Part shown: positions 43,347-54,895 of the stretch, piece after piece
Layout of the letters: each line of letters opens with the position of its first letter
How positions within the stretch are numbered: position 1 is the first letter of the stretch
DNA from: Tortispora ganteri
Taxonomy: Eukaryota
DNA length: 64,000 bases
Assembly: GCA_003707115.1 (NCBI GenBank)
Contig: PPNB01000023.1
Coordinates: forward strand, 1 to 64,000
Direction: 5' to 3'
Position numbers and translations under genes: made by a program
The notes under the pieces: generated by a model
What the model was told of the DNA's origin: nothing
Databases searched by the model: none
Seen by the model: only the letters and a program-made list of their open reading frames with translations

Positions 43347-46300
43347 TCACTGACTAAGAATTCCCCGGGCCAGTGTCAGGTTTTTCATCAGCACAGCCGC
43401 TAGTTCACTACTTCCTTTGTCCTTGGCTTTCTGAATCATTTGCTGCTCTTCAATAGAACTGATCAGTGTGCATGACAACAGATATTTAGGATGCGACAAA
43501 AGATAATCTATGCTTTCCTTCATGGGAAGTTTGTTGTTGATGTATACTTCCTCTATCGGTGAACTAGGTATATCGTACTCAATGCACATACCCTTCAACA
43601 GTTCAAACAGCGTTGCTAATTGAACTAATTCTTCTGTCATAGACAATGTGATAGTTTGTGGGTTGGTCCAAGCATGAAAACTAGAAACCACCTGCTCTCT
43701 GAAATACTCCAACAAGGTCTGCGTTTCTATGATAGTCCTGTTACCGATTTTACTCAAGAGCAACAGTGCCAAATGCAAGACACCACGAGTCCAAAGAGTA
43801 TGTAACCTTGTTTCCTGTGGCATTCTGATACTGCCCTGTTGAATCCTCAGTGAAATTTTAGATTCCATCAGCACACTATACACACCATTCATCACAAGCT
43901 GTTCAGCAATAAATACAACCTGTGATAATTCCGCTAAGAAACTGCAAGATAGCTCAGCATATATGGGCTCTTCAGAAACTTTCAATTGGTCAGAATATGA
44001 GTACAAAAACATTGCTGCGTTCAATGTGTCGGCTTCGATAATATGACTGGCAAGTTGCGAATCAGCGCTATTAATACCATTGATGCTCAGAATTCTTCGA
44101 GCAACAGCGATAAGTAGAGTCATATTCTCCGGAGTTACATGGCTCATAGACTGATCCTGCGAAATTAGCGCGACCTCGTAATATCCTTTAGCCACTACAA
44201 GGCCAAAAATAGACTCAATAGTAGCTAATTGAGTTACAGGCTTAGCATGCTCCAGCGGTTGTAAACAGATAATAGTTATGCGGAGGAGTAATCTGCAGAT
44301 GTTCAGTTTGTTATTGTCATTCAGAGAAGTCAGAAAGTCCACGTCAGAAGAACTCATTGCTTGCCAAATCAATTCAATGAACGATAGAGCATCTGCATCA
44401 GTAATCAATTTCTTATCAAGAAGTTTTTGAATTATAGAAAATGCCAATTGTAGCCGCTTTTCATATATGCTTTGGAAAGCAATAGCGGCAATTCCCTCTT
44501 CTACATTTATTCTCAAACATAACATGGCAATCGCTACCATATCTGAGGAATTAGTAGAAGTGATTTCTGTGTATTCAGCCAGTGCAGATATAAGAACGAT
44601 CCAGGACTCTGCAAGGTCAATTTGTGATTCAACTTTTGAAAGGTTGAGGTTGGCCTCTTGAATCTCTTTGCGGTATTCAGGCCAATATGGATCAACAGAA
44701 AAGGGCATTTCCATCCATTCAACATTGTATATGTAATTTTGGCCAAACTCTCTTTGTTTCATGTCAGAAACTCTGAACAGATCCAGTTGTAAGCCTCTCC
44801 ATTTGTGTTCAAAATTCTTAACAAGGTTACCATGCAGAGATGCGCGGTAACCATCAATTCTCAAAGCTGCTTCAGAAAGTTTAACAATCCCTCGAGACTG
44901 AAGAATATCAATTATCGATTTTGAGGATATGTCTGATGGTTTTTTGCTCGCTTTGAATACTTCCAGCGCACAAACACGCATGCAATGAGCAGCACATTCT
45001 AATATATCTGACGGGTTTATATTGGTCGAAGTGGTATCAAAATCTTTGAGCTTAAGATCACAACCATCGGATATTTTGCTCATAGCGCTTTCCAGAAAGT
45101 TCTTCCTCTGCGCTTCAGTACTTATCAGTGCTGCCCAGTTATTTCGAGCCAAAAATATACTCTTGAACAGAGTCTTGCTCAGTATCGGTGAGATATGATC
45201 TCCACTTAAAGCCTTGCTTTCAATAGCTCTGAATAGAGAAACATGTTGCTCTGGTTGGTCACCAGATATAATATTTTTGCCAGATAAAAGAACAATGGTA
45301 AGTCCCTCTTGTCTGTGAGAAACAACGTTTGAAAGAAACTCAGTGGCCGCAATCGCATTGGACAGCGCCTCACTATCACTTTCAACAGTTGCTGACAATT
45401 TAGTGATAAGAGCCTTCGTATGGCTGGCACCCAAGTATGCCAACAGAGAAAATGGAACACCCGGCCATTTAGTAGATATCAACGCATTCAATAGTCCAAG
45501 AGAATGAGATTTTAAGTGGTCCTTCAATATCAGATTTTCCACAATATTCGGTGCTGCCGAATATAATTCCTTTTCAAGTAAGGAAGGCTCTAAATTAAGA
45601 GTAGATCTAGATCTGATCAAACCGATCAGTAAGTTATGGCAAGATATGACTAGCTGAATGTTGAGAGTTTCATGCCTATTTCCAGTTATAAGAGCATCGC
45701 AGATAGTTCCTGCCTTGTTAATCCGATCAATCCAGGGAGCTAAAGGCCTCGATGAAACTTCTGAAGGATTTAAGAAATTGTCGCAAACGAGTTTGGCTGA
45801 CTGAAAAAATATTTTGTTGGCCTTAGTCTCGGTGCACGGGACTCCGATATCCAGTGCTCGATTCAGAACTTTCAGTAGGCAGTCATTAATCATAGTAGAA
45901 AGCATCAAGCGATGCTCAGTATGATCCCACTTCCAGTAGGCAAGACTTACAGAAGAAGTAAGTATGTGACTCGTAAATCTAGCCAAAACGTCAGAGCATA
46001 TGTTGATCTCGATATCTGATAACAAGCTCTTCGCAGCAACGTCGATCAAGCGACTATAAAAGTCAAATATCGCTCGTGAAAGACTATATGATCCATTGAC
46101 TCCTTGAACGGCAGAAGTCATCAGGGATATTATACCACCAACACTCCGTCTCTCATACGCTGAAGGTCTGCAGAGGAATGACCAAACACGGTTAGGTCTT
46201 ATTTCGCAAAGAGCATCAAAGAACACAATGCATGCAGTGGATAATTCAGGAGACTTTGTCTGAAATGCTTCAACAGAAATATTGCTCATCAGGTCAATGA

Positions 46301-48111
46301 TATCACCACTTAATAGCAATGCAGATACCATCGAAAGCAGTTCATTTGCGTCTGGGGAATCAAGAGATTTAAGGGTGTTGGATATCAAAGAAGCAGTAGC
46401 AGTTGCAGCCTCCTCATTTTGTGTACCTGTATCATATAAAAACTCCAAGTATCTGCCAATATACTCCCAGCCGTTAAATGGGAAGTCCCACAGAACAAAA
46501 GGAGGAGAGGCTTGTCCCGGAAGTATACGACCTTGTAATTTGGCAGGAAGATATACACCACCTAAACCGTCTTCTTGCCTAGGACTTATGACACAAATTT
46601 CAGACAATGAGACTATAATGGATGAGTCTTCCTGAGAGAATTCATAATCACTAAACTTTTCGGGGAGTTGGTGTAAAAATACATCCATCGACCGCAAAAT
46701 TGGCCATGCACGAGAACCTAGAGATGATGCGAGTTTGACAAACGGCGAGTATATAAAAGGAAATTTCGACTTCATCAGAAACAATGCTGTTGAAGAAGCG
46801 TCGCTGGCGACGAACTGGCTATGAAGAGATTCATCGCCGTCTAAGATATTTTGTAAGCATCTGACAACATTATCCGCTAAAGCCACATAGAGTAAGCTCG
46901 CATTTACAGTGGCAGCTAGTATTGGTCGAATTTGCGGAGATGCTTGAGTTTCTGAAGCAATAGCTGACATAAACCCAAAGGCGTCCGCAGATAAAGCATG
47001 CTGAATAAGGGTCTGTGCCAAGGAGGACCCGTTCGGAGGAAGTATATAATATGAATTTGAGAAATCCTTAGGAGAATAGTCGTCCAATGCCGTCTCCATT
47101 CTGTGGCAGATTATTGACCACAAAAGAATAAGCGGGGATGCATCAGCGTATTCTGATAAATATTCCACAATGATTTTATGTATATCCTCAAAATCCTGAG
47201 CAGATTTCAAGTAGCAGTATGGGTCGGGGAAAGACATCTGAAGAGTCTCCGACTGAGGAAAGTCTAGAAGCAGGTATGAGATAGCAAAAGCGCGGCCATG
47301 CAAAGGGTTATTTACCACTTGTCTCGAGAGAGACTCTGGAGGACTTAGTGTGGTCAGGTAGGCTGTATCTCTTAGATATTGGAACCATTGAATTACGGAA
47401 GGTTTTGTGTATTCATTCGGCTTTAAGTCAGCGTCTGTAAGAATCAAACATAGTATTTCGAGAAGTCCATGCTGTTCAAGCAGATGTTGTGAAGCTGACA
47501 GAGCAGAGTAGGAATTTTCTGGATCTATATCAATGCACATTGACGCGCGGTATGATAGAGACTTTATTATGGACAGTACTGTTGAATAAGACAAATCGAT
47601 TTTGGCGAGTATTTGCTGGGCCTGAGAATTGAATACATGAGTCTCGTCAGCATTTATTGTCAATAGAAGACTGAGTGTGTGTATAAAAGCCCGCCGTTCG
47701 GCGTAATAGCAGCTAAGAATATATTGAAATGGGTCATCAAATATTGCTAGAGAATCGCGTTCAGCGTTGATTATACGAGTGATTGTTGAGGGGCTCGCTC
47801 CAGTATACTGCAGAAGATCGGTGGCTTGAGATTTTAGTGAATCCGATAGCGAACTAAAGGAATCAATTATCACTGTATCTGAAGCCAGAGGTAATTCGAC
47901 ACCAAGAGGTAAAGTGATTGCTTTTAAGGCATCTATACATGTATTCAGTATATTGAGAGCGTTGTCAATACCGTTATAAGTGTTCCGTTCTGTATCTAGC
48001 AGAGATTGATATACTAAGCGGAAAGATCTTTATTGTTAGTAAATTAGTTCATTTGTACAATTCGAGCATTTTTACTTACGTAGAATCATCAGCATGCGTT
48101 ATTGATGGCAT
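43347..48111 (-). CDS. NUP188: Nucleoporin Nup188; join complement(48080..48111,43347..48027)
   Basis: About 1570 aa helical protein with YRASLHGNL..NF..KW, FGQNYIY and ANLNLSKVESQI. The 52-nt intron 48028-48079 (GTAAGT...ACTAAC...AAG) links MPSITHADDST in frame. Confidence 0.8.
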
Positions 48112-48827
48112 TATTTTGATGTTTTTGCGATTGTTTAGTATGTGTGAGGGAAGGAAACAGCTAAGTAAAATAAAGTTTTCATTACGGCTGTATGAGCTAG
48201 GGTTATTAGGGCGAATTATAGGAACATTCAGTGCTAACAGTAGCGCTAAGCGTCGCTTTAAAGACAACTAGTAGATACCAAATTAATTTCACGTCTCTTT
48301 CTTGTAGTGCAAACATGGTAGATTAGTTCTGAGAGCAATTGCGACTGTTTTAGAAGGTTGTAGTATTGTTGTTGAATTCTGAAAGATAGCGGATTGCCGT
48401 TTTTGGCAACGATACCGCGCTAAGGTAATCAGAACTATAGTTGACAGCTGGAAATTGTGAGATATGGATAGAAATTTCCCAATAACCAGCTATCATTGAG
48501 CAGCGATAGAATACAAATAAATACCTACACAACAATCATAACAAACCGGGGATAAATCAGCAAAATTCATGTAGCTAACAAAAATGATTTACAGTATTTT
48601 AAACTACCTTTATTTATAATGAGTGTTACTTAAGAGTATGTGTATATGGAACAGATTTGGACCATCGAAGATTGTCCTGTCAAAACTTTAAAAATGTGAA
48701 AGGAGGACCTCCACCAACCAGGAAACCTTATCGGTAATCTCATTATCAGTAACATAAGCAAACTTCTGATAATTAGTTCCGCCTTTCCGCATTTTTTTTT
48801 TGTACCGAGATTACAAAAAAGAGAAGT

Positions 48828-50768
48828 ATGACGCTTCAGAATAGCAGAAAGCCAATTTCGCGGCTGAAAACAGGATGTTTCACTTGTAGAAAAAGGAAAA
48901 AGAAATGCGATGAAACTAAACCTATCTGCAAAGGATGCCAGCGAAACCAGCTTGAATGTTTGTGGCCCGACCTGATTGTCAATCCGCAAAAAAAATGGTC
49001 CGAACCGTCACAAATGAGCAGCTTTCCTCTACAACACTCAGTGCAACCGAAACCCATGACTTTTACATTCCAGCAGAGTATCATAGACTTCACCGACACA
49101 CCGAGTAGCGATAGTGCCTCGACGTCTATAGACCCCAATGCTGATCTTTTTGAATCGCCACCCGTAGAGACTTTCTCCGTTTGCGACGCCGCAAATAGCT
49201 TGCTGGATCTTGTTATTCAAGGCCGACGTGATCTGGTATTGCCGTTCCAGAGAGATTTAACTGGTGTGGATGAATGGAACCGCATGCGAAGCCGCGCAGC
49301 TGTCCTTGCGACAATCGACAACATCGGCCAGTCTATATTGGACGACCATGATGGTCGCACACACAATATTAATACCGAGATCAGCTCCATTTTTGGGCCT
49401 TCATTGGAAGTACAACTGGATGATCCTTCAGGGCGCGTGATAGGCGAGCTCGATGGTGATGACAGTATTCGCCAGATCATGGATATGGATTCTCCGGCAG
49501 AACTCGTCAATATGCCCAACTACTCTTCAGTCGCATCTCCACGTCTCACTCTGCCACGTACTATTCCAGATCTTCTTGGTACACGTAATGAGATAGAGCT
49601 CTTCTTTCTCAAGAACAGTATTGTGTATTTGCGGCGGAAGCTGCTGCATCCACATGGACTACAGCAGCTGCAACTGGGTAACTTCACAACGCCCTTGAGT
49701 GGTATAAACGAGCCCATAAAGGACCTAATGGTAGCATATGGTGCACACTACCTGTCAATGCATGGCTCCGAAACGATTATGTACGCTGACCGATATTACA
49801 CATCGTCGCTGCAGGGACTTAGACGCCTCATATCTGAGTCGCAGCTAGATTACAGCGAGGATTGGCTTATTATAACAATTCAGCTATTGGGATGCTTTGA
49901 GAGGCTGAGATACAGCAACGTGTCTAGATCAGTAGGTCACCTTGCCTTTGGATGGAGAATACTTAAAGAACGATTATCGAAAATACGAGGGTCCGAGATG
50001 TCGAATTTTTCCCGGGGTGTTACACGGGTAATGACTGAGAGCGTTCTGTACAATGCGGCGATAATAGTTTACTTCTGCCCGCAAGAACGACTACACTTGG
50101 CACCTCCTGCAGAAGTATTTGATATATACATTGACAGCGTCAGAGATCCTTTATACCCGACCGAGGTTCTGTGGGCGAATAATCCTCTGACAGGTGCGGG
50201 AGTTGAAATGTTCAAGCTTGTAGCGAAAGTATCGTGGATTATTCGCAAACCTCAACAAACCGCGAAGACGATATCTGAAGCACTCCGACTAAGTGAAGAA
50301 ATTATGGCGATGGATTTTGCGAATGAAGTGCCGCTAGAGTTGCCGGAGGTTATTGCTGACCGGCTGAGACGGCGCGACGTTACGCCATATGAAGCACATT
50401 TGCACTACCTCGAGACGTTTAAACAAGCGGCACTACTGCTGATCTACAAAGCTATCGATCCAGATCTTCAGACGGATGATGAAGCAGTCATGGCTTGCTT
50501 TGAAACGGGACTGAGACACTCGATGTATGTTGGCGGTGACAATGTTGACATTGCTTGCACAATGATCTGGTCGTTGTACATTTTGGGGTGCTCTGCACAT
50601 ACCGAAGAGGACAAGCTGATTTTCTCAGAAGTAATTTTACAGCTTTCGAGTGATTTTCACACTGAAAATTACTCATCAGTCGCTATAGCGCTAAAGAAGG
50701 TATGGAAACGCAATATGGGTCTTGATGCACTTTTGGATCGCAGTATTATCGAGACGGTCGCAGCCTGA
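48828..50768 (+). CDS. Zn(II)2Cys6 transcription factor with a fungal-specific C-terminal domain
   Basis: TGCFTCRKRKKKCDETKPICKGCQRNQLEC; the C-terminal WSLYILGC resembles Fungal_trans_2. Confidence 0.92.
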   Translation: MTLQNSRKPISRLKTGCFTCRKRKKKCDETKPICKGCQRNQLECLWPDLIVNPQKKWSEPSQMSSFPLQHSVQPKPMTFTFQQSIIDFTDTPSSDSASTSIDPNADLFESPPVETFSVCDAANSLLDLVIQGRRDLVLPFQRDLTGVDEWNRMRSRAAVLATIDNIGQSILDDHDGRTHNINTEISSIFGPSLEVQLDDPSGRVIGELDGDDSIRQIMDMDSPAELVNMPNYSSVASPRLTLPRTIPDLLGTRNEIELFFLKNSIVYLRRKLLHPHGLQQLQLGNFTTPLSGINEPIKDLMVAYGAHYLSMHGSETIMYADRYYTSSLQGLRRLISESQLDYSEDWLIITIQLLGCFERLRYSNVSRSVGHLAFGWRILKERLSKIRGSEMSNFSRGVTRVMTESVLYNAAIIVYFCPQERLHLAPPAEVFDIYIDSVRDPLYPTEVLWANNPLTGAGVEMFKLVAKVSWIIRKPQQTAKTISEALRLSEEIMAMDFANEVPLELPEVIADRLRRRDVTPYEAHLHYLETFKQAALLLIYKAIDPDLQTDDEAVMACFETGLRHSMYVGGDNVDIACTMIWSLYILGCSAHTEEDKLIFSEVILQLSSDFHTENYSSVAIALKKVWKRNMGLDALLDRSIIETVAA

Positions 50769-50953
50769 AATCAGTACAATGCTAAGAGGTAAAGAGATTT
50801 TTTTGCAAAAGGTCTTAAACGGTACGTGTATTAATTAATTATTTGGTGTTTTCTAGTGTGTGTGTGTATGTACTTTTGTAGATCACAAACGCAATTATTT
50901 TAGTCTTTCCCTATTCTTAGAAATTAAAGTTTATGCTTGCTTTGTTGTGATTG

Positions 50954-51185
50954 ACGCGCTTTCTTGTATCTTTTCAAGTTTGTCAACCTAAGATTGCGCC
51001 TTTAACAGCATAATCTCAAATTTACACTTACAAGGATATTTTAACGAATTTAGCTTTTACGCGACACGTGCTTTTGTTTTCTGAATTGTACTTCTCCTGG
51101 ACCTCCACCAAACGCGACGTCTACCTGTAAACACGCTTACTTTATTGGGTGCAGATTAGACCCTGCTAGATCTTTGTTAACGCGT
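50954..51185. promoter_or_regulatory. Cluster of MCB-like elements upstream of KAR9
   Basis: ACGCG at 50954, 51059 and 51112, and ACGCGT at 51180, within about 230 bp of AT-rich DNA. Confidence 0.55.
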
Positions 51186-51210
51186 CTCGCCTTTATTAAT
51201 TTTTTTATTC

Positions 51211-53646
51211 ATGTCAACCTCTTTAGAGGCTACAGTGCCCATATTACACTCTCCGGAGCTATCCAATGATGAAGATAATAATATACCGGTGCCCGAAGCT
51301 CAATTAAGTTTGACCTCGTCAACTTCTATATCGCGGAAATCTAAAAGTACACCTGCAGCTCTTCTCAGTGACCTTATAAGAGACATTCAAACGTCCCTGA
51401 ACCCCGGAAGCTTACTGACAACTTTGAAAAATACACAGGACCTGTGCCAGCAACTCTCTCACAATATAGACCACGGTCAACCACTAGAAGCTGCAGCTGT
51501 ATCTTCTCTCTCACAGTCTATCAGAATCCTCTTATCGCATCTCATAGCTACTACAATAAGTCAATCTAATCCAGGTGCGCGTATGCTGGATGTAGAATTT
51601 GTTGCAGGAAGCAGAGCTGCTCTTTCCGACATCGCTGCAGCGCTCTCTAAACTTGACAACTATATGAAATCCCTGAAAAACCAACCTCCCGCGAGCAGCC
51701 CACAAACAGGCATAGACCAAAGTCTGTCGCACACACTCGAAAATGACTACGAACTGCTCAGAGAAGCTCGCTATAGACTTGAAATTGCATTAGAATTCGA
51801 AGAACTACATGGCCATGTGATACCAGATCTAAGATCAGAATTGAACACTTGTCTCGCAAGATGCTTCGAAATTAATGAAATGAGGCGTGAAATAGCAGCA
51901 CACAAACCCGAAGTTCTTTCTATAGAGGCTCTTAAAAATAATTCACTACATTCTGTCGTTACTCCTGAGAAAACATCCAATATAGATGTTCCAGGAGCAG
52001 AAGAAATTTCCTCGAAAACACCGTTACAGCGCATTAGACCTTTATCATTGGACGAAATTGCAAACGCTATGGTAGACAGTCCTCTAGGCTTTACCGGGAA
52101 AGTTCCTAAAATGATCACGTTATCAGAAGAGGAGAAGAATGCTAACCTTATGCTTCTACAACTAATAGCAAGGATGCAGCCTCTTAAAGCGTCGCTTGAC
52201 ATAGTACCTCTGAGAAAGCAAAGCTATGAAGCTCAAGCTACTGAGTTGTTTCCTACTTCCGTAGAAGCGTTAAACTTAGTTTTCAGTGAATTGATGGCAG
52301 ACTGGAAGAAACTCGACTCAGAAGTTCAATTTCTGAAGCACGAAATGAGCGATGAAAAATGGGCACTAGTGTTCAAGACAGTCATTGAAAACGGCTCAAA
52401 CCTGATAGATTCAATGCAGAGAACAATTGATCGTCTCGACAATACGGATTCATTCAGCCAACAACTGATCTCTGATTCGTCTACAGATTCTCAAGCCGCA
52501 GCGTTGAAATATGAAGAATATCAAAAGAAAAAATGCAAGATTGTACCTACGGTCTTGCAGACAATTACTCTACTGAAAAAAGGTCGCCAGCAGGAACTAA
52601 TGTCGTCTCCTGATGTATCTGAAAGAACCGATGCTTTTCTTAATCGATGGGATGCAATAAGCTCTAAGATGCTCAGTATTGATGCCATTCTATTTGGCAA
52701 TAATGTCGGTGAAGACTACCTGCCAAAACATGAATTCTCTTACCCGGTATTTGGCCGCAGTGGTTCTAGGAGCTCAGTTGCTTCTGGATCTATATATACT
52801 CCAACTTTATCAGAGTGTAGGATGTTCTCTGGCAGCGAACTTTTGCCTATGCAGTTAGCGAGCCGACGTCGCATTACATCTCAGTCTTCTTTCATAAGAG
52901 AAGTATCTGAACCTCTTACTGCGACTAGTTATGATACTGAACCGCAAAGAGAGCTTAGAGATTTGCAAGCGATTCCTCGAAGTCCTGATCCTGCCATAGC
53001 GGTGAAGTCCAGGATGCATGTGCATGTAGGACAAACTCCTCGTATTTCGAGGAGATCACTTATTCCTGCACCATCGACACCTGTAACTCCACTCAAACGC
53101 CCTTTCCTGCAAACGTCGTTAACTTCACTCACAGGATCGACGAAAGATACCGAAAAAGGACCGAGGCACAGCATTCAACGCACTACAAATAAGAAGTCCT
53201 TTATTGTTCCGCCTAGTGTGTCACCACTGAAACAAATTGGCGCGCTGAATAGTGTGAGAAATTCTTCAGCAACGCCAGCGCACTTGCAAGCGTCTGCTAT
53301 AAATGTCAGGGAGTCCAAGACACCCATCAGACCATTGAAAGGCCGGGCTTCTGATGTAATGAGTGCCAGTATGAGAGCACCACCTGCCCGACTGACTATA
53401 CCGAAGAGGGCAACGCTAGCTGTACCGTCTACACCCTTGCTGAATCGCAAAACAAGTCATGCTAAGATGAGCCGTGACGTCAGCAGTGCGTCGAAAGTGT
53501 CTTCAATGAATTCTTTTATTAGTAGTCCGTCAAGGGTGTCTAGCGCTTCGTCCAGGACAACAGTGACGGGTCGGCACAGTTCTTTCAGTATGCAGTCGAG
53601 GAGGGAAAGCGATGCTGGTGTTAGCCGTCCAAAATGGCGCAACTAA
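51211..53646 (+). CDS. KAR9: Kar9-family spindle-orientation protein
   Basis: LEIALEFEEL, ARMQPLKASLD and EKWALVF, then a basic Ser/Pro-rich tail with SLIP (SxIP) ending RPKWRN. Confidence 0.75.
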   Translation: MSTSLEATVPILHSPELSNDEDNNIPVPEAQLSLTSSTSISRKSKSTPAALLSDLIRDIQTSLNPGSLLTTLKNTQDLCQQLSHNIDHGQPLEAAAVSSLSQSIRILLSHLIATTISQSNPGARMLDVEFVAGSRAALSDIAAALSKLDNYMKSLKNQPPASSPQTGIDQSLSHTLENDYELLREARYRLEIALEFEELHGHVIPDLRSELNTCLARCFEINEMRREIAAHKPEVLSIEALKNNSLHSVVTPEKTSNIDVPGAEEISSKTPLQRIRPLSLDEIANAMVDSPLGFTGKVPKMITLSEEEKNANLMLLQLIARMQPLKASLDIVPLRKQSYEAQATELFPTSVEALNLVFSELMADWKKLDSEVQFLKHEMSDEKWALVFKTVIENGSNLIDSMQRTIDRLDNTDSFSQQLISDSSTDSQAAALKYEEYQKKKCKIVPTVLQTITLLKKGRQQELMSSPDVSERTDAFLNRWDAISSKMLSIDAILFGNNVGEDYLPKHEFSYPVFGRSGSRSSVASGSIYTPTLSECRMFSGSELLPMQLASRRRITSQSSFIREVSEPLTATSYDTEPQRELRDLQAIPRSPDPAIAVKSRMHVHVGQTPRISRRSLIPAPSTPVTPLKRPFLQTSLTSLTGSTKDTEKGPRHSIQRTTNKKSFIVPPSVSPLKQIGALNSVRNSSATPAHLQASAINVRESKTPIRPLKGRASDVMSASMRAPPARLTIPKRATLAVPSTPLLNRKTSHAKMSRDVSSASKVSSMNSFISSPSRVSSASSRTTVTGRHSSFSMQSRRESDAGVSRPKWRN

Positions 53647-53698
53647 GTGATCTACAGATCTAATGGTGAATTTACGAATCAGAGTTGAAGTAGTAGTA

Positions 53699-53753
53699 GG
53701 AGAAGAAAAAGGAGAAGGAGAAGGAGAAGGAGAATGAGAAGAAGAAGAAGGAA
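53699..53753. repeat. Purine-rich (GGAGAA)n/(GAA)n simple repeat between convergent genes
   Basis: Read directly: GGAGAA x4 followed by GAGAAGAAGAAGAAG. Confidence 0.85.
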
Positions 53754-53808
53754 CTATGTATGTTTATTTATACAGAGTATATTATTGGGACAGATTATTC
53801 TAAGATAT

Positions 53809-54670
53809 TTACTGTTCTACGTTCTGGGCATAAAAGAAGTTGACGCCAGTAGGAGTGAGGTTGTTCTCTTTGGCCCAGTCGCGAACACCGTATCCGGGGA
53901 TTCCAGTGCCCCAGCAAGGTCTATCTTTAGGAGCAGAGGGAGTTGAGGGGTTGTTCTGCTTATATACGATCCAAACATATCGGTGCTTACCCGTTTTAGG
54001 AGGAGGTCCAGGAGGAAAATACTCCATGAGAGTGGTGCCATCAGACTGCGAGATTACATGCTCCGAGCCAGCTGGAGAAGATGCAGAAGGAGGAAAGCTA
54101 AGATCAGATACGACGAAGTGACAGTATTCGGACCATTTTTTGTCACCACGAGTTGGAGCATCGGGGTCAGTCATCACAATGGTGTATTTTGTGTCGGGTT
54201 CGGCAGCACCGTCGAGCGCTAGAGTTATTTTCGGATAATGTTGCGTTGCGGCGACTTCTAGAGTGTTGCCGAGGACAGCTTCGACATCAGGTGCATAGGA
54301 TATGGATATCAATGTAGAGGCGGCAAAATCGTCAAGGACATCTGGAACGATTTCACTTTTTTTGAGAGATTCTGCGATTGAGGCGGAGATGGTTACCTGC
54401 ATGGTTGGTGTTAGTCGGATGCTTGGAATTGAGTTTGCGTTATAATGTGGAGAAGAGGGGACCACCCCTAACCTCTACTTTAAACCAATTAAGGCGCATC
54501 GAGCACGGAATAGGAAATGAGATAATACTTACCAGACTGCGTCGCTGAGGAATAAAGCGAGATGATAGAGGTGCGGCGGTGAATTTAGGGACGCCTTTAG
54601 GTGTGGTCAGATATCGATTTGCGAATCGGATAGAGCAGCTGCGTAAGAGCGTTGATAAAGGCGAATGCAT
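53809..54670 (-). CDS. TFS1: PEBP-family protein (Tfs1/CPY-inhibitor-like); join complement(54533..54670,53809..54396)
   Basis: MTDPDAP, WSEYCH, PGPPPKTGKHRY and VNFFYAQN. The phase-0 intron 54397-54532 (GTAAGT...ACTAAC...CAG) joins a 46-aa basic exon. Confidence 0.85.
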
Positions 54671-54895
54671 AACAAATATATAAAAAAATAGCGATTAGAA
54701 AGAAAATCGATTAGTGTCCGTTGTTTTCTGCAGAAGCGACAGAGAAAGGAAAAGGACGAATATGCAAAATAGGCGAGAGTGGTTGGTTAGAGAGATATTC
54801 CCATATGGCTTTAAAATTCGCACAGTTATTATACGTTGAAACTTTAATTTTTCGTGCAAAAGTTTGGTCCAATTCAATCTCTTAATTTTCGCTAT

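Noticed and set aside
48112..48316. Extra upstream NUP188 exon from ATG 48316
   Set aside because: It needs a weak GTATCT donor, the region carries promoter-like teloboxes, and ATG 48111 is sufficient.
54526..54534. U1 snRNA 5' end (ATACTTACC)
   Set aside because: It is the reverse complement of the PEBP intron donor.
54695..54877. 60-aa ORF in frame between PTA1 and PEBP
   Set aside because: TTG start, bounded by two stops and no recognisable motif; probably spacer.
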